Position numbers and translations under genes: made by a program. Shown here piece by piece: positions 1 through 8,137 of a DNA stretch of 64,000 bases (position 1 is the stretch's first letter; every line of letters begins with the position of its first letter). Origin of the DNA: Dehalococcoidia bacterium (lineage in GTDB: Bacteria; Chloroflexota; Dehalococcoidia; Lucifugimonadales; UBA3495); assembly GCA_965203195.1 (NCBI GenBank), contig OZ241860.1:24433-88432 (forward strand), given 5' to 3'. A model generated the notes under the pieces. The model did not search any database and was not told the origin of the DNA. It saw nothing but the letters and a program-made list of their open reading frames with translations.

Positions 1-1
1 C

Positions 2-85
2 CGGGGGCTGGAATGGACGGACGCCGTTCAGGGCGCCGCCGAAACCCGCCGGCAGCGCGCCGTACTACAGACTGCGGCCGGTTAG
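2..85 (+). CDS. Possible 3' end of a gene entering from the left edge (partial)
   Basis: Open frame RGLEWTDAVQGAAETRRQRAVLQTAAG* ends 4 nt before the agmatinase start; too short to identify. Confidence 0.3.
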   Translation, partial: RGLEWTDAVQGAAETRRQRAVLQTAAG

Positions 86-89
86 GCTT

Positions 90-1016
90 GTGCCGGAACC
101 TTTCCGCGCCGACGCCGGCCGGCCGCCGGTTCCGCAGACGCCCGCCAACTTTCTGGCCCTGCCGCCGGAGCAGGCCGACCTGGCAAGGGCGCAGGTCGCG
201 CTGATACCCGTTCCGGTGGACAGCACCACCTCCTTTCGCAGCGGGGCGCGCTACGGGCCGGCGGCCATCATCGCCGCCAGCGCCGCCCTGGAGGATTATG
301 ACCTGGAGCTGGGCATTGATGTGGCGCAGTTGGGCATCCATACCGCCGCGCCGCTGGAGCCGGATGTCGGCGACCCGGAACGGATGGCGCGCCGCGTCCA
401 GCTGGCCGTGTCCTACTACCAACGGAAGGGCAAGCTGACCGGCGTCATCGGCGGCGATCACTCCGTGGCCATCGGCTCCGCCCTGGCCTGCTGGGAGCGG
501 CATCCCGGTATGTCCGTCCTTTATATTGACGCCCACGCCGATTTGCGGGACGAATATCAGGGCACGGCCTGGGGGCATGGTTCCGCGGCGCGCCGCATTG
601 CCGAGCATTGCCCCGTAAGGCTGGCCGGCGTCCGCACGCTGGCCGCCGAGGAGCGGGATTACATAACCGCCGCCGGCATTGCCGTAACCTACTGGCCGCC
701 GGCCAACCCCGGCGATTACACTGCGGACATCATCGCCGGCTTGGGCGCGCCCGGCGCGCCGGTGTACATCAGCGTTGACCTGGACGCGCTTGACCCGTCG
801 GAAATGGCGGCGGTAGGGACGCCGGAGCCCGGGGGGATGCGGTGGGCGGAGCTGCTGGCGTTGCTGCGGCAGGTTGCCGAGCGCCGCCCCGTGGCCGGTT
901 TTGATGTCTGCGAGCTGGCGCCCAACGAAGGATTGCCGGCGCACAGCTACACCGCCGCCAGGCTGGTGTACAAGCTGGTAGCCTACGCCGCCGGATTGAG
1001 GCCGGCAGGATGCTAA
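90..1016 (+). CDS. speB: Agmatinase (ureohydrolase family)
   Basis: Ureohydrolase metal-binding motifs GGDHS, DAHAD, SVDLDALDP and GTPEPGG; N-terminal STTSFRSGARYGP. Confidence 0.9.
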   Translation: MPEPFRADAGRPPVPQTPANFLALPPEQADLARAQVALIPVPVDSTTSFRSGARYGPAAIIAASAALEDYDLELGIDVAQLGIHTAAPLEPDVGDPERMARRVQLAVSYYQRKGKLTGVIGGDHSVAIGSALACWERHPGMSVLYIDAHADLRDEYQGTAWGHGSAARRIAEHCPVRLAGVRTLAAEERDYITAAGIAVTYWPPANPGDYTADIIAGLGAPGAPVYISVDLDALDPSEMAAVGTPEPGGMRWAELLALLRQVAERRPVAGFDVCELAPNEGLPAHSYTAARLVYKLVAYAAGLRPAGC

Positions 1017-1390
1017 CGCGGCGCTAATTCCCGTTGCAGGTTAGGCCAGGTCCACACCACCAGCCTGCCGGCGCCAGGCATCTCGCGCCACCTGTGGCCT
1101 TGGGCGCGCAGCTGGAAACACGGCTTGCCCAGCCTTCGGGCAATCTTAATCTCTTCCAAAACGCCGGGAGCGTTGTGCGTGTTTTCGCTCAACAGCGTTA
1201 CGAAAACGTCGCAACGCGCAATGGCCTGCTTCGCCTTGTCCAGCCAGTCGCTCTCCGGTTCCCGCTTTTGTAGGGAGAAATCCGTAACGGAAAACGGCGC
1301 ATCCGGCTGTTCGGCTTGGCCAATCAGGGTCTCCTTGAGCCCGTAGCCCGTTTTATACTCAAAGCTGACGAAAATCTTTGTCCTGGCCAT
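1013..1390 (-). CDS. Stand-alone TIR-like protein (MTH538/ThsB-like)
   Basis: KIFVSF start, DFSL...W, AIARCDVFVTLLSENT...GVLEEIKIARRLGKP and a C-terminal WTW match the TIR pattern with the catalytic Glu. Start placed at MARTKIF. Confidence 0.75.
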   Translation of the reverse strand: MARTKIFVSFEYKTGYGLKETLIGQAEQPDAPFSVTDFSLQKREPESDWLDKAKQAIARCDVFVTLLSENTHNAPGVLEEIKIARRLGKPCFQLRAQGHRWREMPGAGRLVVWTWPNLQRELAPR

Positions 1391-1628
1391 AATCACTGCG
1401 CTTCCCCCAACCTGATTTGACGCATCCCCGGATTCGCTCATCAGATGCCCCCTATGACAGGTTGCAGAGTAGATTATAGCATGGCGGGCCGTCGCCGGCG
1501 CCCTTTCCTTGACAACCCCAACGCCAACGCCCTACAATCCCGCCTGTCCGGGCGCGCCCGCGCTGGTCATAAAACGCCCGCCCCCAACCCAACCCGCCGC
1601 CGCCCAGCGCGGCCACAGGAGCATCCCT

Positions 1629-2822
1629 ATGCCACAGCAATGGCCCACCGTCCACTATAAAGAGGAAGGTATGCGCGAGGGTATGCAGATCGAGGACGCC
1701 AGTATCAGCGTCGACGACAAGGTCGCCCTCCTCGATATGCTCTCCGATACCGGCCTCCGCAGCATCGTCGTCGGCTCCTTCGTCAGCCCCAGGTGGACGC
1801 CCCAGATGGAGCGCATCGACGAAATCGTGCAGAAATTCACCCCCAAGCCCGGCGTCACCTACACCGCACTGGCCCTCAACGCCCGCGGCGTGGAACGCGC
1901 CCGCGCCTACTCGCCCCCGCTGACCATTGAGCGCGACGCCTACCCCCGTCTGTCCTGCCACCTCTGCGATGTGTTCGCCCGCCGCAACACCAACCGCAGC
2001 CAAATGCAGGAAATGGAACGCTGGCCGGCCATCATCGCCCAGGCCCAGGAACTCGGCATCACCGCGGCCGGCATTGGCTGCAACGCCTCCTGGGGTTCCA
2101 ACTTCCTCGGCGAGTTCCCCGTGGACAGCCTGATGACCCTGCTGGAATACCAGCACGGCCTTTGGGACGAAGCCGGCATCAAGGTCGCCAGCTGCTCTAT
2201 GGGCGACCCCATGAGCCACTGCACCCCGGCCAAGGTTGAGGAAAGCGTAAGCCGCGTCAAGGAGCGCTGGCCCGAAATCACCCACTTCCGGCTGCACCTG
2301 CACAACGGGCGCAATATGGCCATCGCCTCCGCCTACGCCGCTATGCGCGTCCTCGGCCCGGAGGATACCCTTGAACTGGACGGCACCATCGGCGGCTTCG
2401 GCGGCTGCCCCTACTGCGGCAACGGGCGCGCCACCGGCATGGCCCCCACCGAGGATCTGCTCCATATGATGGCGGATATGGGTATCCCCACCGGCGTGGA
2501 CATCGACAAGCTCATCGACTGCGTGTGGGCCGCCGAGCGCATCATCGGCCGCGAGCTGTACGGCCACGTTTCCAAAGCCGGCCCGCGCCCCCGCGCCGGC
2601 GGCGGCAACCTGTACGACATCAATATGCCCTTTGTGGAAACCCTGGAACAGGCCACCCACTTCAAGAAGGGCGAGCAGATGTACGAGGGCGGCATCTACC
2701 CCTACCGGGAGCCGGTCACCAGCCCCTACCGCGACCGGATTGACCAGGGCTTGCCCGTCTTTGGCGAAGCCCCCGGCGAATTCCCCTGGAACCAGGACTG
2801 GCTGCCCAAAGCGGACCAGTAA
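1629..2822 (+). CDS. HMG-CoA lyase / DRE-TIM metallolyase family protein
   Basis: EEGMREGMQIE, GSFVSPRWTPQM, HLHNGRN, GGFGGCPY and PTEDL motifs; AGGAG SD before ATG 1629. Confidence 0.85.
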   Translation: MPQQWPTVHYKEEGMREGMQIEDASISVDDKVALLDMLSDTGLRSIVVGSFVSPRWTPQMERIDEIVQKFTPKPGVTYTALALNARGVERARAYSPPLTIERDAYPRLSCHLCDVFARRNTNRSQMQEMERWPAIIAQAQELGITAAGIGCNASWGSNFLGEFPVDSLMTLLEYQHGLWDEAGIKVASCSMGDPMSHCTPAKVEESVSRVKERWPEITHFRLHLHNGRNMAIASAYAAMRVLGPEDTLELDGTIGGFGGCPYCGNGRATGMAPTEDLLHMMADMGIPTGVDIDKLIDCVWAAERIIGRELYGHVSKAGPRPRAGGGNLYDINMPFVETLEQATHFKKGEQMYEGGIYPYREPVTSPYRDRIDQGLPVFGEAPGEFPWNQDWLPKADQ

Positions 2823-2850
2823 CCCCGTTCGCCAGGCGGGAAAGATACCT

Positions 2851-2887
2851 ATAAGGGCGCCGGGAATGGGTATCCCGGCACCCTTAT
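2851..2887. terminator. Hairpin between convergent genes
   Basis: ATAAGGGCGCCGGGA / TCCCGGCACCCTTAT inverted repeat. Confidence 0.6.
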
Positions 2888-2888
2888 A

Positions 2889-3218
2889 TCATTCTGATGC
2901 GCTGGAACCGCCGCTGCGCCACGCGCTGGCCAGTACCGCGGCGGCTATCGCCAGTATCACCGTTGCCGCCGTGCCGTCCCGGCGCAAATTGTCCAACGCA
3001 TCCGCCAGGCACTGCCCGTCAGTCGGGCATCGCTCAAATACCCCTAATGCCAAATCGGCCAGGCAGGAGAAAATCCCGGAGATATGCGGCTCGAGATAAA
3101 TCGCCCCGGTTGCGAACAGGATTGCCGCCCCGATTCCCACCCGGCTGAGCAACGCTTTGCGTACCCGCGCCAGCAAGGCGCGCGCAACCAGCGCAGGACG
3201 TAGTATTTTTGGATTCAT
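2889..3218 (-). CDS. Small 2-TM membrane protein with Cys-containing loop (109 aa)
   Basis: MNPKILRP...; two hydrophobic segments; similar to 42459-42761. Confidence 0.6.
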   Translation of the reverse strand: MNPKILRPALVARALLARVRKALLSRVGIGAAILFATGAIYLEPHISGIFSCLADLALGVFERCPTDGQCLADALDNLRRDGTAATVILAIAAAVLASAWRSGGSSASE

Positions 3219-3228
3219 TGCCGCTCGC

Positions 3229-3405
3229 TTACGGCAAATTCCGGCCAACCTTGACCAGCGCCGCCAGCAGTCCCACGACAAGGAATACGGGCAAAGTCAG
3301 CGGTGGCATCCATGGCCATCCGGTTATAGCGGACACCACGACCCAGACCAGCACGGCCAGGATGCCAACCCACATTCCACGCAAAAATCCGTCTATCGCC
3401 AGCAT
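3229..3405 (-). CDS. 58-aa hydrophobic 2-TM peptide (not in the ORF track)
   Basis: Read by hand: MLAIDGFLRGMWVGILAVLVWVVVSAITGWPWMPPLTLPVFLVVGLLAALVKVGRNLP*. AAGGAG SD upstream; stops 10 nt before the next ATG. Confidence 0.65.
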   Translation of the reverse strand: MLAIDGFLRGMWVGILAVLVWVVVSAITGWPWMPPLTLPVFLVVGLLAALVKVGRNLP

Positions 3406-3511
3406 CGCTCATCTCCTTGCAGGCAAGCCCAGACGCCGCCGCCGCTGTGGCCTTATGATACACTGGAGTGGGGCGTAAAAGCGGAGCAGCAAAAGGCGGA
3501 ATGCCTCGGCA

Positions 3512-4042
3512 TTACCGCCAGCGCTCCCTGCCGAGCCATCGGTTCAGTTCCCGGGCAGCATCTTGTTGCCTGTCCTGTGTAACGTCAACGATGGCTGATA
3601 GTTTGTGACCGAATCGTACCCACTTGCTCATATCATACAGCAGCCACTGCCGTCCGTTGGTCAAGACCGCAACGCCGCGATACATACGCGGCTTGCAATT
3701 GGCGTATTTTGACAGCTGCTTGTCGATAATTGCGACGGTGAGTTCGGTTTTTGCCCTCTTGGATTCAACGATGATGGTAGGAGCTAGATTGCCCTCTACA
3801 ATGTCGTACAGATCTGCATTGCCGAAGAGGGCGTAGTCAACCTTGCCGCCGCCCAAAGGACGCGGCCATTCCACGCAGCATTCATCGGGAGATCCGGTAT
3901 CCCAGCCCAACGCCTGAATGATTGGGTCAATGAGAGCATAGCGGGTATGCCATTCACTCCAATTGTCCAGGCCGATTTCGGACCATTGGGTCAAAATGGC
4001 GCGGCGGCCGCGAATGGCCGCTGCTACAGCTTTGATGGTCAT
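3512..4042 (-). CDS. Stand-alone HsdR N-terminal-like PD-(D/E)xK nuclease
   Basis: E.TRYALIDPIIQALGWD, KVDYAL, IVESK, QLSKYA and VLTNGRQW motifs; AT-richer than its flanks. Confidence 0.75.
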   Translation of the reverse strand: MTIKAVAAAIRGRRAILTQWSEIGLDNWSEWHTRYALIDPIIQALGWDTGSPDECCVEWPRPLGGGKVDYALFGNADLYDIVEGNLAPTIIVESKRAKTELTVAIIDKQLSKYANCKPRMYRGVAVLTNGRQWLLYDMSKWVRFGHKLSAIVDVTQDRQQDAARELNRWLGRERWR

Positions 4043-4150
4043 TCTGGCGCCGGGAATGCGCTTTTCGTTTCGCTTCGTATGGATAATGGCGGCGGTTTGC
4101 TTAATGCAGGCCGCCGCCCGGGTGGTCAGTTGCTGTGTTTCTGCGACTCG

Positions 4151-5140
4151 CTACGCCGACGCCACGGCCACCGAAATCACATTCATCGCCGTTTCCGGCA
4201 GCGCGTCCGCCGTCCAGCTGGCGCCGCCATCGTGAGTGCCGAACACCTGCCCCCGCCGCGTGCAGAAGTACACCTGCGCCGGATCCTGCCGGTTCACCGC
4301 CACGCCAAACGTCGTGCTGCCGGGGTTGACGCCCCGGTCGAACCGCTCCCAGCTGTCGCCCAAGTTGGTCGTGCGCATCACGCCGCCCTGCTCGCTGCCG
4401 AAGTTCATCCCCACGCAGGCGTACAGCGTGTTAGGGTCGGCCGGATCCCGCACCACGCCCCGGGAATACTTGATGTCGGAGAACCGGCTGAAGTCGCAGT
4501 CCTGCCAGGACGCGCCCCTGTCCGCGCTCCGCCACACGCCGGTGCGGTTGGAAATCAGCACCGTCCCCGCGTCCGCGCCGCCCACGGCCACGCCGTGCAG
4601 ATCCAGCAGGTCAACATCGCCGGCGAACTCGCTGTTGCGGATGGTCCAGGTATGCCCGCCATCCACGCTGCTGGCCGCGCCGCCCACTTCCAGCGCCGCG
4701 TACATATTGCTGGGGTTGCCGGCCTCAATGTCGATGCCCAGGATGCGCATCGCAAAGGCCATCTGCACCTGCTCCGGGTTGGACACGGTGGCGATGTGCG
4801 ACCAGTTTTCGCCGCCGTCCTCGCTCTTGAAAACCTCGGCGCCTTCGGTGCCGGCGAACATAATGCTGGGGTCATTGGGATGGAACCGCAGCGACCAGAC
4901 CACGCGGCCCTCGGTCATATTCATCCGCTGCCAGCGGTCGCCGCCGTCGGCGCTGCGATAGACGCCCCGCTGGGTGCCGCAAAAGATGGTGCGCGGGTCG
5001 TTGGGGTGGATGGCGATGGCCCGCGCCTGCGTGGCCGGGGCCAGCCCGTCGGTGAGCAGATCCCAGTGGGCATCGCCGGCCGTCTTGCGATAGAGTCCGC
5101 TGGCCTCGGCGCCAACGTACACGATAGTGCTGCCTGCCAT
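4151..5140 (-). CDS. BNR/Asp-box repeat beta-propeller protein
   Basis: Repeated S.DGG..W motifs (SADGGDRW, SEDGGENW, SVDGGHTW, SADRGASW, THDGGASW). Confidence 0.85.
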   Translation of the reverse strand: MAGSTIVYVGAEASGLYRKTAGDAHWDLLTDGLAPATQARAIAIHPNDPRTIFCGTQRGVYRSADGGDRWQRMNMTEGRVVWSLRFHPNDPSIMFAGTEGAEVFKSEDGGENWSHIATVSNPEQVQMAFAMRILGIDIEAGNPSNMYAALEVGGAASSVDGGHTWTIRNSEFAGDVDLLDLHGVAVGGADAGTVLISNRTGVWRSADRGASWQDCDFSRFSDIKYSRGVVRDPADPNTLYACVGMNFGSEQGGVMRTTNLGDSWERFDRGVNPGSTTFGVAVNRQDPAQVYFCTRRGQVFGTHDGGASWTADALPETAMNVISVAVASA

Positions 5141-5267
5141 AGTGCTGGCCTCCTTTTGCTTCGCCTTGCCTTGTCATAACAATGGCGGTAGTCCTGGCCC
5201 GCATTTCACCAGACCGGGCGGGGGATGTCAAACGCAATCCGGCGGGCGGCCAGGGCGAAAACGCCAT

Positions 5268-5296
5268 TTGCCAAAAGGCCGGATGTGCGGTATAGT
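5268..5296 (+). promoter_or_regulatory. Sigma70-type promoter
   Basis: TTGCCA-17 bp-TATAGT; the predicted start (~5303) coincides with the first base of a long stem. Confidence 0.65.
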
Positions 5297-5302
5297 GGCC
5301 GC

Positions 5303-5436
5303 GCTACAGATGCCAGTCCCGCCCTTCCGGCGAGGGGTCGGGCAGCAGACCAGGGTGGGCGTCGCGCCTTCTCGCGACGCTGCCCATGGACTTGGCGTCT
5401 GTAGCAAGTAGCCTAATCCTGGTGTCGCGAGGAGGT
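5303..5436 (+). ncRNA. Putative structured leader RNA / sRNA, family not recognised
   Basis: Closing stem GCTACAGATGCCAGTCC (5303-5319) / GGACTTGGCGTCTGTAGC (5388-5405) with inner hairpins; CCTTCTCGCGAC is complementary to the downstream SD region GTCGCGAGGAGG. Confidence 0.55.
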
Positions 5437-5444
5437 TCCAAGCT

Positions 5445-5579
5445 ATGGACAACGAGAGGACGCCCCGGAGTGGGTACCCGTGGTCGGCGTGGGCGGTTGC
5501 GGTATGGCTGTACGGAAACGCCCCCGCTTTGAGCTTTACCCTGATGCCGGCAACGGTCATTTCCGTCCCTTCGGCATAG
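5445..5579 (+). CDS. 44-aa hydrophobic peptide (not in the ORF track)
   Basis: AGGAGG SD then MDNERTPRSGYPWSAWAVAVWLYGNAPALSFTLMPATVISVPSA*. Confidence 0.5.
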   Translation: MDNERTPRSGYPWSAWAVAVWLYGNAPALSFTLMPATVISVPSA

Positions 5580-5688
5580 CGCCGGCAGATGCCGGAATGC
5601 GGGCGTCCGGGTGCGCGAATACGGCGGCAGATGGCGCCGATGTGAATATAGGCTGACGCCGGAATGACGGGCGATCTGACGATACACC

Positions 5689-6444
5689 CTAAAAAGAAAC
5701 GCTATCCCGTACGCGCGGCGCCGTAATCGCCAGCGTCAGCCCCCAAACCGATTCCGCCCCCGCCTCTTTGAGCGCCCGCGCGCACGCCTCCAGCGTGCTG
5801 CCCGTGGTAGCCACATCATCCACCAGTATGATGCCCGCCCCGGCCACAGCGCGCCCGGCGGCCACAGCGGCGCTCCCCGCCACATTGGAGACCCGTTCCG
5901 CCGAGCTGCTCGTGCCCGCCTGCGGTTCCACATACCGGCTGCGCACCAGCAGCTCCTTGCTGTGCCGCAGCTCGCAGCGCCGGGCCACCTGCCGCGCCAG
6001 CAATTCCGCCTGGTTGTACCCCCGCTCCCGCCGGCGGCGCGGATGCATCGGAACCTCGGTTACCACATCCCCCGGCAGCGGGTTGGCTTGCAGGTAATCC
6101 GCCAGCAGCCCGCCCAGCTGCGGCGCCGCCGCCCTGATGCCGCCATACTTGAACGCCAGAACCGCTTGGCGTATCGCCCCGGTATAGAGGAACGGCGCGC
6201 GGATGCCGTCAAAATGCCGGTCCGCCCCAACGCAGGCCGGGCAGCGCGACCACTCGCCCGGCGCGCTGCATACCGCGCAGAACGGCGGCGCCAGGACGGC
6301 CAGACCCGCCGCGCACTTGTCGCAGATGACCTTCCCCGCGCCACCGCAGCCGGCGCACTCCAGCGGATAAAAAGCGTCCAGCAGCCCGCGTCCGACCTGC
6401 TCAATCAGACCGGGCAGCGGCCCCAGCCGGTTCAGCAAAGTCAT
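5689..6444 (-). CDS. comF: ComF family protein (double zinc ribbon + PRTase)
   Basis: CxxC pairs, RGYNQAELLA and LVDDVATTGSTL; start overlaps the upstream stop (TGATG). Confidence 0.9.
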   Translation of the reverse strand: MTLLNRLGPLPGLIEQVGRGLLDAFYPLECAGCGGAGKVICDKCAAGLAVLAPPFCAVCSAPGEWSRCPACVGADRHFDGIRAPFLYTGAIRQAVLAFKYGGIRAAAPQLGGLLADYLQANPLPGDVVTEVPMHPRRRRERGYNQAELLARQVARRCELRHSKELLVRSRYVEPQAGTSSSAERVSNVAGSAAVAAGRAVAGAGIILVDDVATTGSTLEACARALKEAGAESVWGLTLAITAPRVRDSVSF

Positions 6445-6986
6445 CAGCGCCGCCTCATCGCCTGCCACCGCCGGATGATTTCCGCATCCCGCGGGAAAGC
6501 CAGCGGCGGCAGTTCATCCGATGCGAAAAACCCCAAATCCAGGCATTCCGGCCCCGGCGCCAGCGTTCCGCCCGTTTCCGTCGCGGCGTAGGCGACCACT
6601 ACCACCGGATTGCCCGCATCGGAGAACACGCCAATCAGTTGTGGCGCGGCCACCACCAGCCCCGTTTCCTCCCAAACTTCCCGCGCCGCCGCGGCTTCCA
6701 CCACTTCGCCCCGGTCGACATAGCCGCCGGGCATACTCCACAGGCCATAGCCCACCTGCACCGCCCGCCGCACCATCAGCGTGCGCCCGTCCCGCTCAAT
6801 CACGCAGGCCGTCGCCAGCTTGGGGTCGTAATAAACCACCCGTCCGCAGGACGGGCAAACCGGGCGCTGCCGGCCCTCATCCGGGCGCAGCGCCAATCGC
6901 GCGCCGCAGCCGGCGCAAAATTGATCCGGGCCGGTCATCCTGACACCGCAATGCGATTTGACATAACAATCACCTGGCGCCGTCAT
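6444..6986 (-). CDS. NUDIX hydrolase with N-terminal zinc ribbon
   Basis: FCAGCG...CPSCG..YYDPK; Nudix box GGYVDRGEVVEAAAAREVWEETG. Confidence 0.9.
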   Translation of the reverse strand: MTAPGDCYVKSHCGVRMTGPDQFCAGCGARLALRPDEGRQRPVCPSCGRVVYYDPKLATACVIERDGRTLMVRRAVQVGYGLWSMPGGYVDRGEVVEAAAAREVWEETGLVVAAPQLIGVFSDAGNPVVVVAYAATETGGTLAPGPECLDLGFFASDELPPLAFPRDAEIIRRWQAMRRR

Positions 6987-7956
6987 CCTGGTACGGATGC
7001 GCCGCCAGCAGCGCTTCGATCGCATCTCTTGCCGGCATCGCATCCTGCGCCCCAACCCGGGTGACCGCCAGGGCGCCGGCGGCGGATGCCCACCGCACGG
7101 CATCGGGCAGCGGCTTTCCTTCCGTCAACGCCACCGCCAGCGCTCCGTTAAAGGCGTCCCCCGCTGCTACGGTGTCCACCGCCGCCGCCGGAAACGGCAG
7201 GGCGTAGCCCCCGGCCCGCCCGTCCGTCCAGTAAGCCCCCTGCGCCCCCAGCGTAATGACCGCGGCGCCCACGCCGCGCCCCAGCAGCTCCTGCGCCGCC
7301 CGTTCAACGGTATCCCCAACGCTTATAGGGTATCCTACCAGCGCTTCCGCTTCCGTTTCGTTGGGCGTAATGAGCGATAAATGGCGGTAAAAATCCGCCG
7401 ACAGCGGACGCGCCGGCCCCGGATCCAAAATCACCGCAACCCCTTGCGCCGCCGCCTGTTCCGCAACCCGCCGCGACAGCTCCACCGACACCTCCAGTTG
7501 CAGCAGAACCGCCGCCGTCTGCGGCAGCAGCGCCGCGATGGCGGCGTATTCGGCGTTTCCGCAGGTATCGTTGGCGCCCAGCGCCTGGACGATGCGGTTC
7601 TGCCCGCCCTCGCCCACGCAGATGACCGCAATGCCCGAGCTGACGCCCGGCGCTACGCCCACTCCGTCCGTTGCTACGCCGGCCGCTTGCAGCGCCGCCA
7701 CCAGCTGCGGCCCGAACAGGTCGTCGCCCACCCGCCCTGCCATCGCCGCGCGGATGCGGCCGCCGCCGGCCCGCGCCGCCGCCACCGCCTGGTTGGCCCC
7801 CTTGCCGCCGGCATAGGTCACGAAACGGCTGCCCACCACCGTCTCCCCGTCCGCCGGCAGCCGTTCCGCAAAGGCCACCAGGTCCATATTAATGCCGCCC
7901 AACGACACGATGAGCGGCCGCTCGCTGGCAGTCGTACTGGCAATGGCAATGGACAT
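6970..7956 (-). CDS. rbsK: Ribokinase (PfkB family)
   Basis: GGINMDL, GGKGANQAVAAAR, PNETEA and DTVAAGDAFNG motifs. Confidence 0.9.
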   Translation of the reverse strand: MSIAIASTTASERPLIVSLGGINMDLVAFAERLPADGETVVGSRFVTYAGGKGANQAVAAARAGGGRIRAAMAGRVGDDLFGPQLVAALQAAGVATDGVGVAPGVSSGIAVICVGEGGQNRIVQALGANDTCGNAEYAAIAALLPQTAAVLLQLEVSVELSRRVAEQAAAQGVAVILDPGPARPLSADFYRHLSLITPNETEAEALVGYPISVGDTVERAAQELLGRGVGAAVITLGAQGAYWTDGRAGGYALPFPAAAVDTVAAGDAFNGALAVALTEGKPLPDAVRWASAAGALAVTRVGAQDAMPARDAIEALLAAHPYQDDGAR

Positions 7957-8137
7957 CGTCTCCACCTGGCGCTGCATAACGCTGACGGCGAGTAAATTAG
8001 CATTGCCGGGGCCGCCGGTCAACGCCGGATGCCGCCCCGGCGCCGCGCCCGAACCGGCGGGCCGAATTTCCCATAACCCGCGCCGTCCCGTGCTATAATG
8101 CCGCCCATCCCGTTTAACATAAGTGAGGACTGCAACA

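Noticed and set aside
5303-5436. Identification as SRP RNA, tmRNA, RNase P RNA, 6S RNA or tRNA-Sec
   Set aside because: Lacks the SRP GGAA-loop/AGCAG domain, tRNA-like ends with a T-loop, and GAGGAAAGTCC; the closed stem is too short for 6S.
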